A DNA stretch of 64,000 nucleotides, taken from the NCBI GenBank assembly GCA_900752335.1, contig CAADUZ010000016.1:931-64930 (forward strand), read 5' to 3'. This DNA comes from Clostridia bacterium (lineage in GTDB: Bacteria > Bacillota > Clostridia > TANB77 > CAG-508). Below are positions 18,010 to 28,080 of the stretch, in pieces (position 1 is the stretch's first letter; every line of letters begins with the position of its first letter). Made by a program: the position numbers and the translations under genes. The notes under the pieces are model-generated. The model was given only the letters and a program-made list of their open reading frames with translations. It searched no databases and was not told the DNA's origin.

Positions 18010-19635
18010 ATGGATTCAAAAAAAAGACAGCCTCTAGGAATAGAACTAGTAAAAAGAGGAATCGTATCAGAAGAAGATATTGAAAGAGCATTAGATTATC
18101 AAAAAGCTGAACCAAAGAAAAAAATAGGAGATATATTAAATATCTTAAGACTATGTGACCCTTATGTATTAATAAATGCTATGGGTGAAATTTTAGAGGA
18201 AAAAGCTATATATTTAAGAGAAGGAGATATAAAAGTAAATGCATTAGACTATATTTCTATAGATATAGCTAGACAATATAAAGCAATACCATTTGAAGAA
18301 AATGGTGGAAGAATAAAAGTATGTTTTGCAGATACTTCTAATAGAAGAGCCGTTGAAACTGTAAGACTTTTACTATTAAACAAAGGTCTTATAATGGATA
18401 AATACATTACCTTTGAAACAAATATAGACTTAATATTAAACTCATTTGCTGGAAGTTCAGAAAGCATAGACTTAAATGCGGACGTATCTGGATTTGTAGA
18501 TAGTGTAATTAAAACTGCAATGGATAAAAGAGCAAGTGATATTCATATAGAACCACTACAAGACGGAATGAGAGTAAGATACAGAATTGATGGTGTATTA
18601 GTAGATGCGGCAAATATTGGTAAGGAAAAACAAGCACAAATAATTGGTAGATTAAAAGCAATATCTAATATGCATCAAGAGAAACAAGATTCACAAGATG
18701 GTAGAATTATAATGTACCCAGATTACAATATTCGTGTATCTTCACAAAGGAATATATATGGCGAAAAATTTGTTTTAAGATTATTAAAGAAAAATGAAGA
18801 TATAAGGTCAATATTCGATTTAGGTTTTCCAAATGACGAAAAACTAGTAAAAGATGCATTTAACAAGAAAAACAGTATAACAGTTATTGCAGCGCCAACA
18901 GGAGAAGGTAAAACAACAACCTTATATAGTATTATAGATTATCTAAATAAACCACAAATAAATATAACAACAATAGAGGACCCAGTAGAAATACGTATAA
19001 ATGGATTAAACCAAATAGAAGTAGATCCAAAAATTACATTTGCGGACTCTTTAAGAACTGTTTTAAGACAAGACCCAGATATTATACTAGTTGGAGAAAT
19101 AAGAGATAAAGAAACAGCAGAAATAGCAATGCAAGCAGGTCAAACAGGACATTATGTGCTATCAACAATACACACAATAGATGCGGTAGAAGTAATAACA
19201 AGATTAAGAAAAATGGGTGTATCAAATTATGATATTTCTAGTACACTTGCCACTTCAGTATCACAAAGATTAGTTAGAAGATTATGCCCACATTGTTTAA
19301 AAGAAAGAGATTTTACTACAGAAGAGAAAGAATTTATAAAGAAAATAGGGGACAGATATAATATAGAATTTGATTTAAACGGAAAGAAAACATATGATGC
19401 AGTAGGTTGCAAAAAGTGTAACAACACTGGATATCTTGGAAGAATAGGAATATTTGAATTACTAATTTTAAATGACGAGATAAGAACATTAATAGTAGAG
19501 GATAAATCTGCTATAGATATAAGAAAAGCAGCACTAAATTCAGGATATGTACCACTTATTGTAGACGGAATAAACAAAGTAATAAACGGAATAACTAATA
19601 TGGAAGAACTAAATAATAAACTAGCCCTATATTAA
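18010..19635 (+). CDS. pilB: type IV pilus assembly ATPase (GspE/PilB family)
   Basis: N-terminal GspE_N/MshEN-like repeats, Walker A APTGEGKTTT, Asp/His boxes and a tetracysteine motif CPHC...CKKC. Confidence 0.9.
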   Translation: MDSKKRQPLGIELVKRGIVSEEDIERALDYQKAEPKKKIGDILNILRLCDPYVLINAMGEILEEKAIYLREGDIKVNALDYISIDIARQYKAIPFEENGGRIKVCFADTSNRRAVETVRLLLLNKGLIMDKYITFETNIDLILNSFAGSSESIDLNADVSGFVDSVIKTAMDKRASDIHIEPLQDGMRVRYRIDGVLVDAANIGKEKQAQIIGRLKAISNMHQEKQDSQDGRIIMYPDYNIRVSSQRNIYGEKFVLRLLKKNEDIRSIFDLGFPNDEKLVKDAFNKKNSITVIAAPTGEGKTTTLYSIIDYLNKPQINITTIEDPVEIRINGLNQIEVDPKITFADSLRTVLRQDPDIILVGEIRDKETAEIAMQAGQTGHYVLSTIHTIDAVEVITRLRKMGVSNYDISSTLATSVSQRLVRRLCPHCLKERDFTTEEKEFIKKIGDRYNIEFDLNGKKTYDAVGCKKCNNTGYLGRIGIFELLILNDEIRTLIVEDKSAIDIRKAALNSGYVPLIVDGINKVINGITNMEELNNKLALY

Positions 19636-19652
19636 TATTTTGGAGGTAACCA

Positions 19653-20771
19653 ATGATAGATATTGATAAAGTTTTAGATGCAGCAAAGAAAAAAGACGCA
19701 TCAGACGTTCATTTAATATGTAACTTAAAACCAATGTTAAGAATAAGAAGAGATTTAATTGAATATGATTCTCCTTCGCCTTTAACAGAAGACGATATGT
19801 ACGACATATACGATTATTTTGTAAGAGGAAATGTAGATAAGGACAGGGTATTTAAAGAAACAAAAAAATTAGATTCATCATTTGAATTTGAAGATATACG
19901 TTTAAGGGTAAATATTTCACTTGCAAATGATATACCACTATTTACATTAAGACTTATAAAAAATGAATTACCTAAATATGAAGATTTAGGCGTACCAGAT
20001 ATAGTAAGAAGAATGACATATCAGCCACAAGGATTAATACTTGTTACTGGTAAAACAAACTCTGGTAAAACAACAACATTAAATGCATTAATTAATGAAA
20101 TAAATGAAAACCAAAACAAAAAAATACTTACACTTGAAAGCCCTATAGAATATAAACATACAAGTAAAAAATCGGTAATAGTTCAAAAAGAAATTGGTGC
20201 AGGTAGAGATTGTTTAAACTATAGTGATGGTGTTAAGAACTCTTTAAGAGAGGACTGCGACATACTAGTAATAGGAGAGATTAGAGATAGAGAAACAATG
20301 GAAGCAGCTATAGAAACAGCAGAAGCAGGTCACTTGGTTATAGGAACACTTCATACAAAATCATGTGCAGAAACAATCGATAGAATGGTAAACTTTTATG
20401 AAATAAGAGATCAACAAACAGTAAAATACCTAATATCTTCACTATTAAAACTAGTTATATCTCAAAGATTATTACCATCAAAAACCGGAAAACTAGTATT
20501 AGTACCAGAAGTAATGGTTGTAGATAATATTGTTTCTGGGTTAATTAGAAAAGAGAAAATTAGTGTAGCGGAAATAGAAGATGCTATACAAAGTAACCTA
20601 GAAAAAGGAAGCATTGGATTAATAAACTCAATAGCAGAGCTATTTGTGGACGACGTAATAACATTAGACCAAGCTAAAGCACAAATAGAAGAAAAGAACA
20701 TAGAAACATTAAATAGAACTATAATGCAATTAAAAATTAAAAAAGAAAAAACTAATAAAATAATGCAATAA
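19653..20771 (+). CDS. pilT: twitching-motility/retraction ATPase
   Basis: About 370 aa. Sequence contains ASDVHL, Walker A GKTNSGKTTT, GEIRD and the PilT-type GHLVIGTLHT motif. Confidence 0.88.
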   Translation: MIDIDKVLDAAKKKDASDVHLICNLKPMLRIRRDLIEYDSPSPLTEDDMYDIYDYFVRGNVDKDRVFKETKKLDSSFEFEDIRLRVNISLANDIPLFTLRLIKNELPKYEDLGVPDIVRRMTYQPQGLILVTGKTNSGKTTTLNALINEINENQNKKILTLESPIEYKHTSKKSVIVQKEIGAGRDCLNYSDGVKNSLREDCDILVIGEIRDRETMEAAIETAEAGHLVIGTLHTKSCAETIDRMVNFYEIRDQQTVKYLISSLLKLVISQRLLPSKTGKLVLVPEVMVVDNIVSGLIRKEKISVAEIEDAIQSNLEKGSIGLINSIAELFVDDVITLDQAKAQIEEKNIETLNRTIMQLKIKKEKTNKIMQ

Positions 20772-20814
20772 TATGATATAATAAGAAAAAAATATTATAT
20801 GGAAAGGAGAAAAA

Positions 20815-22179
20815 ATGCCAGAGTATATTTACAGAGCAGTTACTTCAAAGGGACAAATTGTACGAAACAGAGTAGAAGACGTAAATAGAAACACTCTTAT
20901 AAAAAAGCTAAAAAACAATGATTTGCTTCCAATAAGTATTGTACAAGTTGGATATAGAGGCAAGAAGACGAAAGCTAATAGAAGAAATATGATGGATATT
21001 GACGACATTATGAAACAAGCTGACTCTGCAAACATAATGCAAGGGAGAGCTACTGCAAAGCCATCTATAAAAGAAAGAATAAATTTAGCATTAGCAAGAG
21101 AGGAAAAAATAACAACAAGAGATATTATAATATTTACACAAAACTTTTACTTGTTAAAAAAGGCAAACTTTAACAATATACATGCCTTAAGTACAATTAT
21201 AGAAAGTACAGATAACTTGTCTTTGAGAGGAATATTGCAAGATATTTTAGCCGGTGTTGAAGCCGGAGAGTATATGTATACTACAATGGAATATTATTCA
21301 AATATATTTCCATATATATATACAAATATGATTAAAGTAGGAGAATTATCTGGTTCGCTTACCAAATCATTGGAGCAAGCTGTTAAGTATTTGGAAACTT
21401 CAGATACAACGGCAAGTAGATTAAGAAAAATAATTATACCAAACGCAATACAATTATTAGCTATTATAGCATTGTTAATATTTGGTGTTGCATATATTAT
21501 CCCTATAATACAAGATGCTTTTGCAGAATCGGGAACAAGCCAAACCTTACCAGGAATAACATTATGGTTTGTTGATTTTTGTAATGCGTTGGGAAGAGTA
21601 TGGTATATACCAGTAATTATAATAGCTGCAGTGGTTGGCGTTGTTGTACTATATATAAATACACCAAAAGGAAAGTACAATTTCCACTATTTCAAATACA
21701 AAATGCCTGTGTTTGGAAAATTAATATATGCAATGGATTTTGCAAGACTAATGAGAGCAATGCTTTTAAACCTAGAAAATGGTATGAGAATTCAAGAAGC
21801 GCTTGAAGTAAGTAAAGCAGTTGTAAAAAATTACGTTATGCTGTCAATAATCGAAACTTCGATAAACAATATATTAATAGGTGCTTCGTGGATAGAGCCT
21901 TTTGAAAATTCAGGATTAGCATCATCTATGCAAACAGAAATGTTAAAAATAGGTATGCAAACAGATATAGTTGAAATGATGCGAAAGCTAGTTGAATACA
22001 TGGAAATAGATATAGAGAACTTAATGCAAAAGGTAATGGCAGTATTACCACAAATAGTTTACTCTATAGTAGGTATATTCCTAATATTCCTTGTAATTGT
22101 AATTATAGTACCTTGTATACAACTATATATGGGTGCTTGGATATTCGATTCGGTCGACTTAACACAGTATGGAATGTAA
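20815..22179 (+). CDS. pilC: type IV pilus platform protein (GspF/PilC family)
   Basis: Duplicated GspF domain architecture with three TM segments. Confidence 0.85.
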   Translation: MPEYIYRAVTSKGQIVRNRVEDVNRNTLIKKLKNNDLLPISIVQVGYRGKKTKANRRNMMDIDDIMKQADSANIMQGRATAKPSIKERINLALAREEKITTRDIIIFTQNFYLLKKANFNNIHALSTIIESTDNLSLRGILQDILAGVEAGEYMYTTMEYYSNIFPYIYTNMIKVGELSGSLTKSLEQAVKYLETSDTTASRLRKIIIPNAIQLLAIIALLIFGVAYIIPIIQDAFAESGTSQTLPGITLWFVDFCNALGRVWYIPVIIIAAVVGVVVLYINTPKGKYNFHYFKYKMPVFGKLIYAMDFARLMRAMLLNLENGMRIQEALEVSKAVVKNYVMLSIIETSINNILIGASWIEPFENSGLASSMQTEMLKIGMQTDIVEMMRKLVEYMEIDIENLMQKVMAVLPQIVYSIVGIFLIFLVIVIIVPCIQLYMGAWIFDSVDLTQYGM

Positions 22180-22265
22180 ATTATATAAAAACTATTCAAA
22201 TAAAAATTATTTATGATATAATTCATTTGAATAGTTTTTTATTATGATAAGGAGAAAATAACAAA

Positions 22266-23144
22266 ATGAAAATAGGAATAGATTTGGGTGGAAGCCATAT
22301 AGGACTGGCTTTAATAGATAATAATATAGTAGAAAAAGTGGAAATAGATTTAGAAAAAAGAGAAGACATAGAAGGATATATTATGTCCATACTAAACTAT
22401 TATATTGATAAATTTGTAAAAAATAATAATATAGAATTAATAGGAATAGCAAGCCCGGGAAATCCAGATAATGCAAATATTTGTATAACTAATATTGTAA
22501 ATTTAGGTATAGAAAAGTTGGACTTAAAACCAATTTCAGAAAAATATAATATACCTATAAAATTAAAAAATGATTCAAAAGCGGCAGGACTTGCAGAGTT
22601 TAAATATGGTTCACTAAAAGAATATAATGATGCGGTATTTTTATGCTTGGGAACAGGAATTGGCTCGGCAGTGTTTTTAAATGGAAAATTGCTAGAGGCT
22701 AATAAGCATGTTGGGTTTGAACTTGGACATATTGTAATAGACAGAGATGGAATTAAGTGTAATTGTGGTAAAAAAGGTTGTTTTGAAACATATTGCTCTA
22801 TAAAACGATTTAAAGAAAATGCAAGAAAAGTTTTAAATGTAGGAGAAATACCAGCAGAAGAGTTATTAAAGATAATAAAAGAAAATTTAGAAAATAAAGA
22901 AATAACTAAACTTATAGACGAATATATAGATAATTTAATTATAGGTTTATCAAATGTAATAGATATATTCGAGCCGGAGGCAATTAGTTTAGGTGGAAGC
23001 TTTGTGTTTTTTAAAGACTTATTCTATGAAAAACTTATTGCAGAAATGCAAAAAAGGAAATATGTATTTAATAAAGAAAGTGTGCCTGAAATTGTACTAG
23101 CAGACTTAAAAAACGATGCTGGCATGATAGGTGCAGTGCTATAA
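22266..23144 (+). CDS. ROK-family glucokinase
   Basis: Sequence contains IGIDLGGSHIG, GTGIGSA and the ROK zinc motif GHIVID....CNCGKKGCFETYCS. Confidence 0.8.
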   Translation: MKIGIDLGGSHIGLALIDNNIVEKVEIDLEKREDIEGYIMSILNYYIDKFVKNNNIELIGIASPGNPDNANICITNIVNLGIEKLDLKPISEKYNIPIKLKNDSKAAGLAEFKYGSLKEYNDAVFLCLGTGIGSAVFLNGKLLEANKHVGFELGHIVIDRDGIKCNCGKKGCFETYCSIKRFKENARKVLNVGEIPAEELLKIIKENLENKEITKLIDEYIDNLIIGLSNVIDIFEPEAISLGGSFVFFKDLFYEKLIAEMQKRKYVFNKESVPEIVLADLKNDAGMIGAVL

Positions 23145-23158
23145 AAAGCAAGGCAAAT

Positions 23159-23187
23159 TTGACAAAATTTATAAAAAATAGTATAAT
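23159..23187 (+). promoter_or_regulatory. perfect-consensus sigma-A promoter
   Basis: TTGACA (23159-23164), a 17-nt spacer, then TATAAT (23182-23187). Confidence 0.6.
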
Positions 23188-23412
23188 AATTTACAGTTGT
23201 TGCCAAAATAGGTAAAGAAGAGATTTATATATAATAAAATATAATATTGTAAATTATTAAGAGATTATAAAATTAAGAATAGTAATATAAAAAATATGCT
23301 TATGGTGCGGAAAATATATTAAGCATGTTATATAGAGTTATGTAATAAAAAAGGAACAAAAAACAAAGAGCGGTTTTATAATGGATTTTTGCGTGTAGTT
23401 AATCGTGCAAGG

Positions 23413-23455
23413 AAAAAGTAATTTATAGTATTATATAGATTACTTTTTATTTTTG
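23413..23455 (+). terminator. rho-independent terminator-like hairpin inside the rnj upstream region
   Basis: AAAAAGTAATTTATA (23413-23427) pairs with TATAGATTACTTTTT (23434-23448) with one mismatch, followed by ATTTTTG. Confidence 0.5.
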
Positions 23456-23550
23456 TGTATTATGCTTATCATAGAAATAAAATGTTAATAATAATTAAGG
23501 TCGTATATAAATTTAAAAAATAAAATTAGAAAAGGAGAGATTTAATTTAC

Positions 23551-25311
23551 ATGGATAACAAAGAACAAATGGAAAAAGTAGCTTTTGTAAAACCAGAAGC
23601 AAAAAGAAAGAGAATGCCTAGAAAAAAAGATTCTACACCAAAATTTGAATTTAAAAAGGATAATTTAAAAATTATACCACTTGGTGGATTAGATGAAATA
23701 GGAAAAAACATTACAGTGTTTGAATATGGAAACGATATAGTATTAGTGGACTGCGGACTAGAATTCCCAGAAGACGACATGCTAGGTGTAGACCTAGTAA
23801 TACCAGACGTCACATATTTGGAAAAAAATAAAGATAAAATAAGAGGATTAGTAGTAACACACGGTCATGAAGACCATATAGGAGCAATTCCTTATGTATT
23901 ACAAAAAGTTAATATGCCAATTTATGCTACAAGATTAACAATAGGATTAATAAAAAACAAATTAGAAGAGCATAAGTTATTATCTTCTACAAAGTTAAAT
24001 GTAGTAGAACAAGGGCAAACAATAAACTTTGGAAATATTAAAGTAGAATTTATTAGAAGTAGCCATAGTATACCAGATTCGGTAATGCTTGCAATACATA
24101 CACCAGTTGGAACTATCCTACACACAGGAGATTTTAAGGTAGATTTTACACCAATAGACGATAAAATAATGGATTTAGGTAGAATTGCAGAACTTGGAAA
24201 TAAAGGGATACTAGCTTTAATGTCAGATAGTACAAACTCTGAAAGAAAAGGATATACAATGTCTGAAAGAACTATTGGAGAAGTATTTGATAGACTATTC
24301 CAAAATAACAAAAAAAGAATAGTTGTAGCAACATTTGCCTCAAACGTCCATAGAGTTCAACAAATTGTAAATTCAGCTAAAGAATATGGCAGAAAAATTG
24401 CAGTATGTGGTAGAAGTATGATAAATATGATAGAAACAGCAAGAGAAATAGGTTATATTGATGCACCAGAAAATATGTTTATCGATATAGACATGATAAA
24501 AAATTATACTGACGACCAATTAGTAATAATAACTACAGGAAGCCAAGGCGAAACAATGTCAGCATTAACAAGAATGGCTGCAGGAGAGCATAAAAAGGTG
24601 TCTATTACACCAAATGATATGGTAATAATTTCAGCAACACCAATACCAGGAAACGAAAAATTAGTTTCAAACGTAATAAACGATTTAATGCAAATTGGTG
24701 CAGAAGTTATATACAGCGCATTAGAAAATGTACACGTATCAGGTCACGCATGCCAAGAAGAGCAAAGACTAATAATTTCACTTGCAAAACCAAAATATTT
24801 TATACCAGTTCATGGCGAGTATAGACAATTAAGGGCACATGCAGAAACAGCAAAAGAAATGGGTGTTCCAGCAGAAAATATATTCATATTAGAAAATGGT
24901 AAAACACTAGAATTAAACAAAAAGCAAGCAAAAATAACAACTTCAGTTCCATCTGGAAAAATACTAGTAGATGGTTTAGGTGTTGGAGATGTTGGAAATA
25001 TAGTATTAAGAGATAGACAACATTTATCACAAGATGGCTTGATAGTTATAGTTATGACAATGGATGGTTCAACAGGAGAAATAGTATCAGGGCCAGACGT
25101 TGTATCAAGAGGATTCGTATATGTAAGAGAATCTGAAACTTTGATGGACGACGTAAAGAAAGTTATAAATCAAGAAGTTAAAAACTTCGAGGAAGAAGGA
25201 ATACGTGACTGGTCAACTATAAAATCAACATTAAAAGACGATTTAAGAGATTATATATTCCAAAGAACAAAACGCAACCCAATGATATTGCCAATAATTA
25301 TGGAAGTGTAA
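23551..25311 (+). CDS. rnj: ribonuclease J
   Basis: Metallo-beta-lactamase motif THGHEDHIG, a beta-CASP region and an RNase J C-terminal domain. Length is 586 aa. Confidence 0.92.
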   Translation: MDNKEQMEKVAFVKPEAKRKRMPRKKDSTPKFEFKKDNLKIIPLGGLDEIGKNITVFEYGNDIVLVDCGLEFPEDDMLGVDLVIPDVTYLEKNKDKIRGLVVTHGHEDHIGAIPYVLQKVNMPIYATRLTIGLIKNKLEEHKLLSSTKLNVVEQGQTINFGNIKVEFIRSSHSIPDSVMLAIHTPVGTILHTGDFKVDFTPIDDKIMDLGRIAELGNKGILALMSDSTNSERKGYTMSERTIGEVFDRLFQNNKKRIVVATFASNVHRVQQIVNSAKEYGRKIAVCGRSMINMIETAREIGYIDAPENMFIDIDMIKNYTDDQLVIITTGSQGETMSALTRMAAGEHKKVSITPNDMVIISATPIPGNEKLVSNVINDLMQIGAEVIYSALENVHVSGHACQEEQRLIISLAKPKYFIPVHGEYRQLRAHAETAKEMGVPAENIFILENGKTLELNKKQAKITTSVPSGKILVDGLGVGDVGNIVLRDRQHLSQDGLIVIVMTMDGSTGEIVSGPDVVSRGFVYVRESETLMDDVKKVINQEVKNFEEEGIRDWSTIKSTLKDDLRDYIFQRTKRNPMILPIIMEV

Positions 25312-25321
25312 TAAAATGCAG

Positions 25322-25351
25322 TAATACCAAGGCTTTTTAGTCTTGGTATTA
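25322..25351. terminator. bidirectional terminator hairpin between rnj and the Bro-N/DinD-like gene
   Basis: TAATACCAAGGC-ttttta-GTCTTGGTATTA. Confidence 0.6.
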
Positions 25352-25352
25352 T

Positions 25353-26216
25353 CTATGATTTCTTGGTGGTATTTGGAGCTTTTATAAATCTTTTATGTTT
25401 AAGAGTATTAGAATTCTCGGAAGTAAGAACAGATTTACCTATTTTTTTCTCTATATTCTTTCTAGTAATAGAGGCGATTTCACCGCCATCTTTAGCATCT
25501 TGTTTTAATTCAACAAAACCGTAAGAATCGTTAGTTTTATGTATTTCAGTAGTTGTTACCTCTGCCAAAGTCATTAATGCTAATTCCATAGCAGACATAT
25601 TATCTCGTAAATTTTGATTATCTAAATGTTTTAAAGTTTTATGTTGTTGAGTAGTAATGCCGAAAGTACCTTTGCTAATTTCGTCTGTTAATATAGCATA
25701 GTCTTTAGTATTTGCACCTCTATTTTTCCATTCGTTAGTTAAAGCGTTTCTAGCACCAATACCTTTTATTCTTGTATTAGTCCACTCTTCGTCATAACCT
25801 TTTTTCAAATATGTTTGTCTAGCTCTTTCGATAGCAAGTGAAGGGTCTATAACTTCTTGAATTCTTTCTTCTGCTAATCTAGCAAACCATAGTTTAAAAG
25901 GCTCGGCATTAGGAGATGGAATAGATTGAATTAATCTAAAAATAGTTTCTCTATTAGCACAGTCAGTTTTACGTAATTTACCATCTTTAGCAACCATTTT
26001 CAACTGTCCGATATTTTCGGACAGTTCGGAAAAACCTTCAGCATATAATTTTTTCTTTAAATCATCCCAATATTTTCTTGGACGAGAACTATTAGTTAGT
26101 ATTTCTATAATATCAATTATAGAATAATACCATTCTCCGTTGTAAATTTGTCTTCTTATTTTATTACTTTCAAATAAAACTAATTCTTTATTTTCATTTA
26201 TTTCATTTTTATCCAT
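25353..26216 (-). CDS. Bro-N domain / DinD-like (DNA-damage-inducible protein D family) protein
   Basis: N-terminal Bro-N-like sequence (WYYSIIDIIEILT..SRPRKYW, IQSIPSPNAEPFKLWFA). The C-terminal part resembles DinD (NLRDNMSAMELALMTLAE). Confidence 0.6.
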   Translation of the reverse strand: MDKNEINENKELVLFESNKIRRQIYNGEWYYSIIDIIEILTNSSRPRKYWDDLKKKLYAEGFSELSENIGQLKMVAKDGKLRKTDCANRETIFRLIQSIPSPNAEPFKLWFARLAEERIQEVIDPSLAIERARQTYLKKGYDEEWTNTRIKGIGARNALTNEWKNRGANTKDYAILTDEISKGTFGITTQQHKTLKHLDNQNLRDNMSAMELALMTLAEVTTTEIHKTNDSYGFVELKQDAKDGGEIASITRKNIEKKIGKSVLTSENSNTLKHKRFIKAPNTTKKS

Positions 26217-26363
26217 ATGTTACCTCCTTTACGTGAGTAAAATATAATATATTCTACTATATTTTACAAATTATGTAAATAGAAAATAAGTATTAAGTAT
26301 TGTAAATTACATAAAAATCGTATATAATATACGATATATTTTATGTAAAAGAGAGGGAGATTT

Positions 26364-28013
26364 ATGAATTACAAAGATTTAGCAGATTTAATATTTCCAA
26401 ATGCAAAGGATATTTCATATTATGAAGAAAAATATCCAGAAAGAAATTTGCCAGAAGGAGCAGTTGTATCTAGATTTGCACCAAGTCCAACAGGATTTGT
26501 TCATGTAGGTGGGCTATATCAGTCATTAGTTGCGAAAGAAATGACTAGAAAGACTGGTGGAGTATTTTTCTTAAGAGTTGAAGATACAGACCAAAAAAGA
26601 GAAGTTGAAAATGGTGTAACAGATATAGTAAATTCTTTAAAAGATTTCGATATATTACCAGATGAAGGCATGATTTCTGAAACAGAGGAAAAGGGAAATT
26701 ATGGTCCATATAAGCAATCACAAAGAAAAGATATATATCAGGCATATGCTAAATATTTGTTAGAACAAGGAAAAGCGTATCCATGCTTTTGCACAGCAGA
26801 AGAAGTAGAAGAAATAAGAAAGAAGCAAGAAGCAGCGAAGATTAGACCAGGATATTATGGCGTATGGGCAAAGTGCAGAAATTTGACAGTTGAAGAAGCG
26901 GCAGAAAAAATAAAAAATGGTGAAAAATATATAGTTAGGTTTAAATCTCCAGGAAGAGAAGATAGAAAGATTAAACACCATGATATAATAAAGGGAAATG
27001 TAGATTTTCCAGAGAATGACCAAGATATAGTCATAATAAAGGCTGATGGACTTCCAACATATCATTTTGCACATGCTGTTGACGACCATTTAATGAGAAC
27101 AACACATGTAATACGTAGTGACGAATGGCTATCTTCAGTTCCATTGCATTTACAATTATTCCATGAATTAGGGTTCAAAACACCTAAATATGCACATATT
27201 TCACCAATTATGAAAAATGATAATGGAAATAAGCGTAAATTAAGCAAGAGAAAAGACCCAGAGGCAGCTGTAAGCTATTACAAAGAAGAGGGAATACCGG
27301 TAGAGGCTGTAAAAGAATATCTTTTAAATATTGCAAACTCTACATTTGAAAATTGGAGAAGAGCAAACCCAGATAAAGCACTAGAAGAATTTGATTTTAA
27401 CTTAAACAAAATGAGTGTAAGTGGTGCATTATTTGATATGGTTAAGCTATTAGATATAGGAAAAACAGTTATTTCAAGAATGAGTGCAGAAGAAGTGTAT
27501 GAAAATGCATTAAAATGGGCAAATGAGTATGACAAAGAATTAGAAAAAATGCTACAAGATAAAGAGTATGCTCTAAAAGTATTTGGTATAGAAAGAGGAA
27601 ACAAAAAGCCAAGGAAAGATATATCAAAATGGTCAGAAGTAAAACAAAATATAGAGTATATGTATGATGAGTATTTCTTTAATGCAGAGCTAGAGTATCC
27701 ATATCAAGTTATAAATGATAAGGAAGATATAAATAATATTTTAAAACTATATATAGAGAAATATTATAATGAAAATGACGATAAACAAACATGGTTTGAT
27801 AGAATAAAGGAATTAGCAGGAGAGCTTGGATATGCTAAAGAAGTAAAGGAATATAAAGCAAACCCAGATGCATACAAAGCACATGTTGGCGACGTAAGCA
27901 CAGTAATAAGAGTAGCTTTAACAGGAAGAACTAACACACCAGATATGTATGAAATAATGCAAGTTTTAGGAAAAGAAAGCGTTATAAAAAGATTAGAAAG
28001 TGCTATAAAATAG
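26364..28013 (+). CDS. gltX: glutamate--tRNA ligase (long form)
   Basis: Class I motifs are present: PSPTGFVHVGG (HIGH-like) and KLSKRK (KMSKS-like), with a GluRS-type catalytic core. Confidence 0.8.
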   Translation: MNYKDLADLIFPNAKDISYYEEKYPERNLPEGAVVSRFAPSPTGFVHVGGLYQSLVAKEMTRKTGGVFFLRVEDTDQKREVENGVTDIVNSLKDFDILPDEGMISETEEKGNYGPYKQSQRKDIYQAYAKYLLEQGKAYPCFCTAEEVEEIRKKQEAAKIRPGYYGVWAKCRNLTVEEAAEKIKNGEKYIVRFKSPGREDRKIKHHDIIKGNVDFPENDQDIVIIKADGLPTYHFAHAVDDHLMRTTHVIRSDEWLSSVPLHLQLFHELGFKTPKYAHISPIMKNDNGNKRKLSKRKDPEAAVSYYKEEGIPVEAVKEYLLNIANSTFENWRRANPDKALEEFDFNLNKMSVSGALFDMVKLLDIGKTVISRMSAEEVYENALKWANEYDKELEKMLQDKEYALKVFGIERGNKKPRKDISKWSEVKQNIEYMYDEYFFNAELEYPYQVINDKEDINNILKLYIEKYYNENDDKQTWFDRIKELAGELGYAKEVKEYKANPDAYKAHVGDVSTVIRVALTGRTNTPDMYEIMQVLGKESVIKRLESAIK

Positions 28014-28080
28014 TTTAGAAAAAACTATAAAAAGTCTTAAATAATAGGACTATAGCGAATAAATTTTAAGGGGAAAGAAA

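Noticed and set aside
23190-23455. 6S RNA or another known housekeeping sRNA upstream of rnj.
   Set aside because: The sequence is extremely AT-rich, and I could not pair its 5' and 3' ends into the long interrupted helix expected of 6S RNA. It is kept only as an unclassified candidate.
25353-26216. A prophage or genomic island around the Bro-N/DinD-like gene.
   Set aside because: It is a single gene. There is no integrase, no other phage genes, and no flanking direct repeats, and I saw no obvious compositional shift.
26217-26363. T-box leaders upstream of gltX and trpS.
   Set aside because: The spacers are only about 147 nt and 92 nt long. Neither contains the GGTGGTACCGCG-type T-box sequence or a terminator/antiterminator pair. 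Only serS has a convincing T-box.
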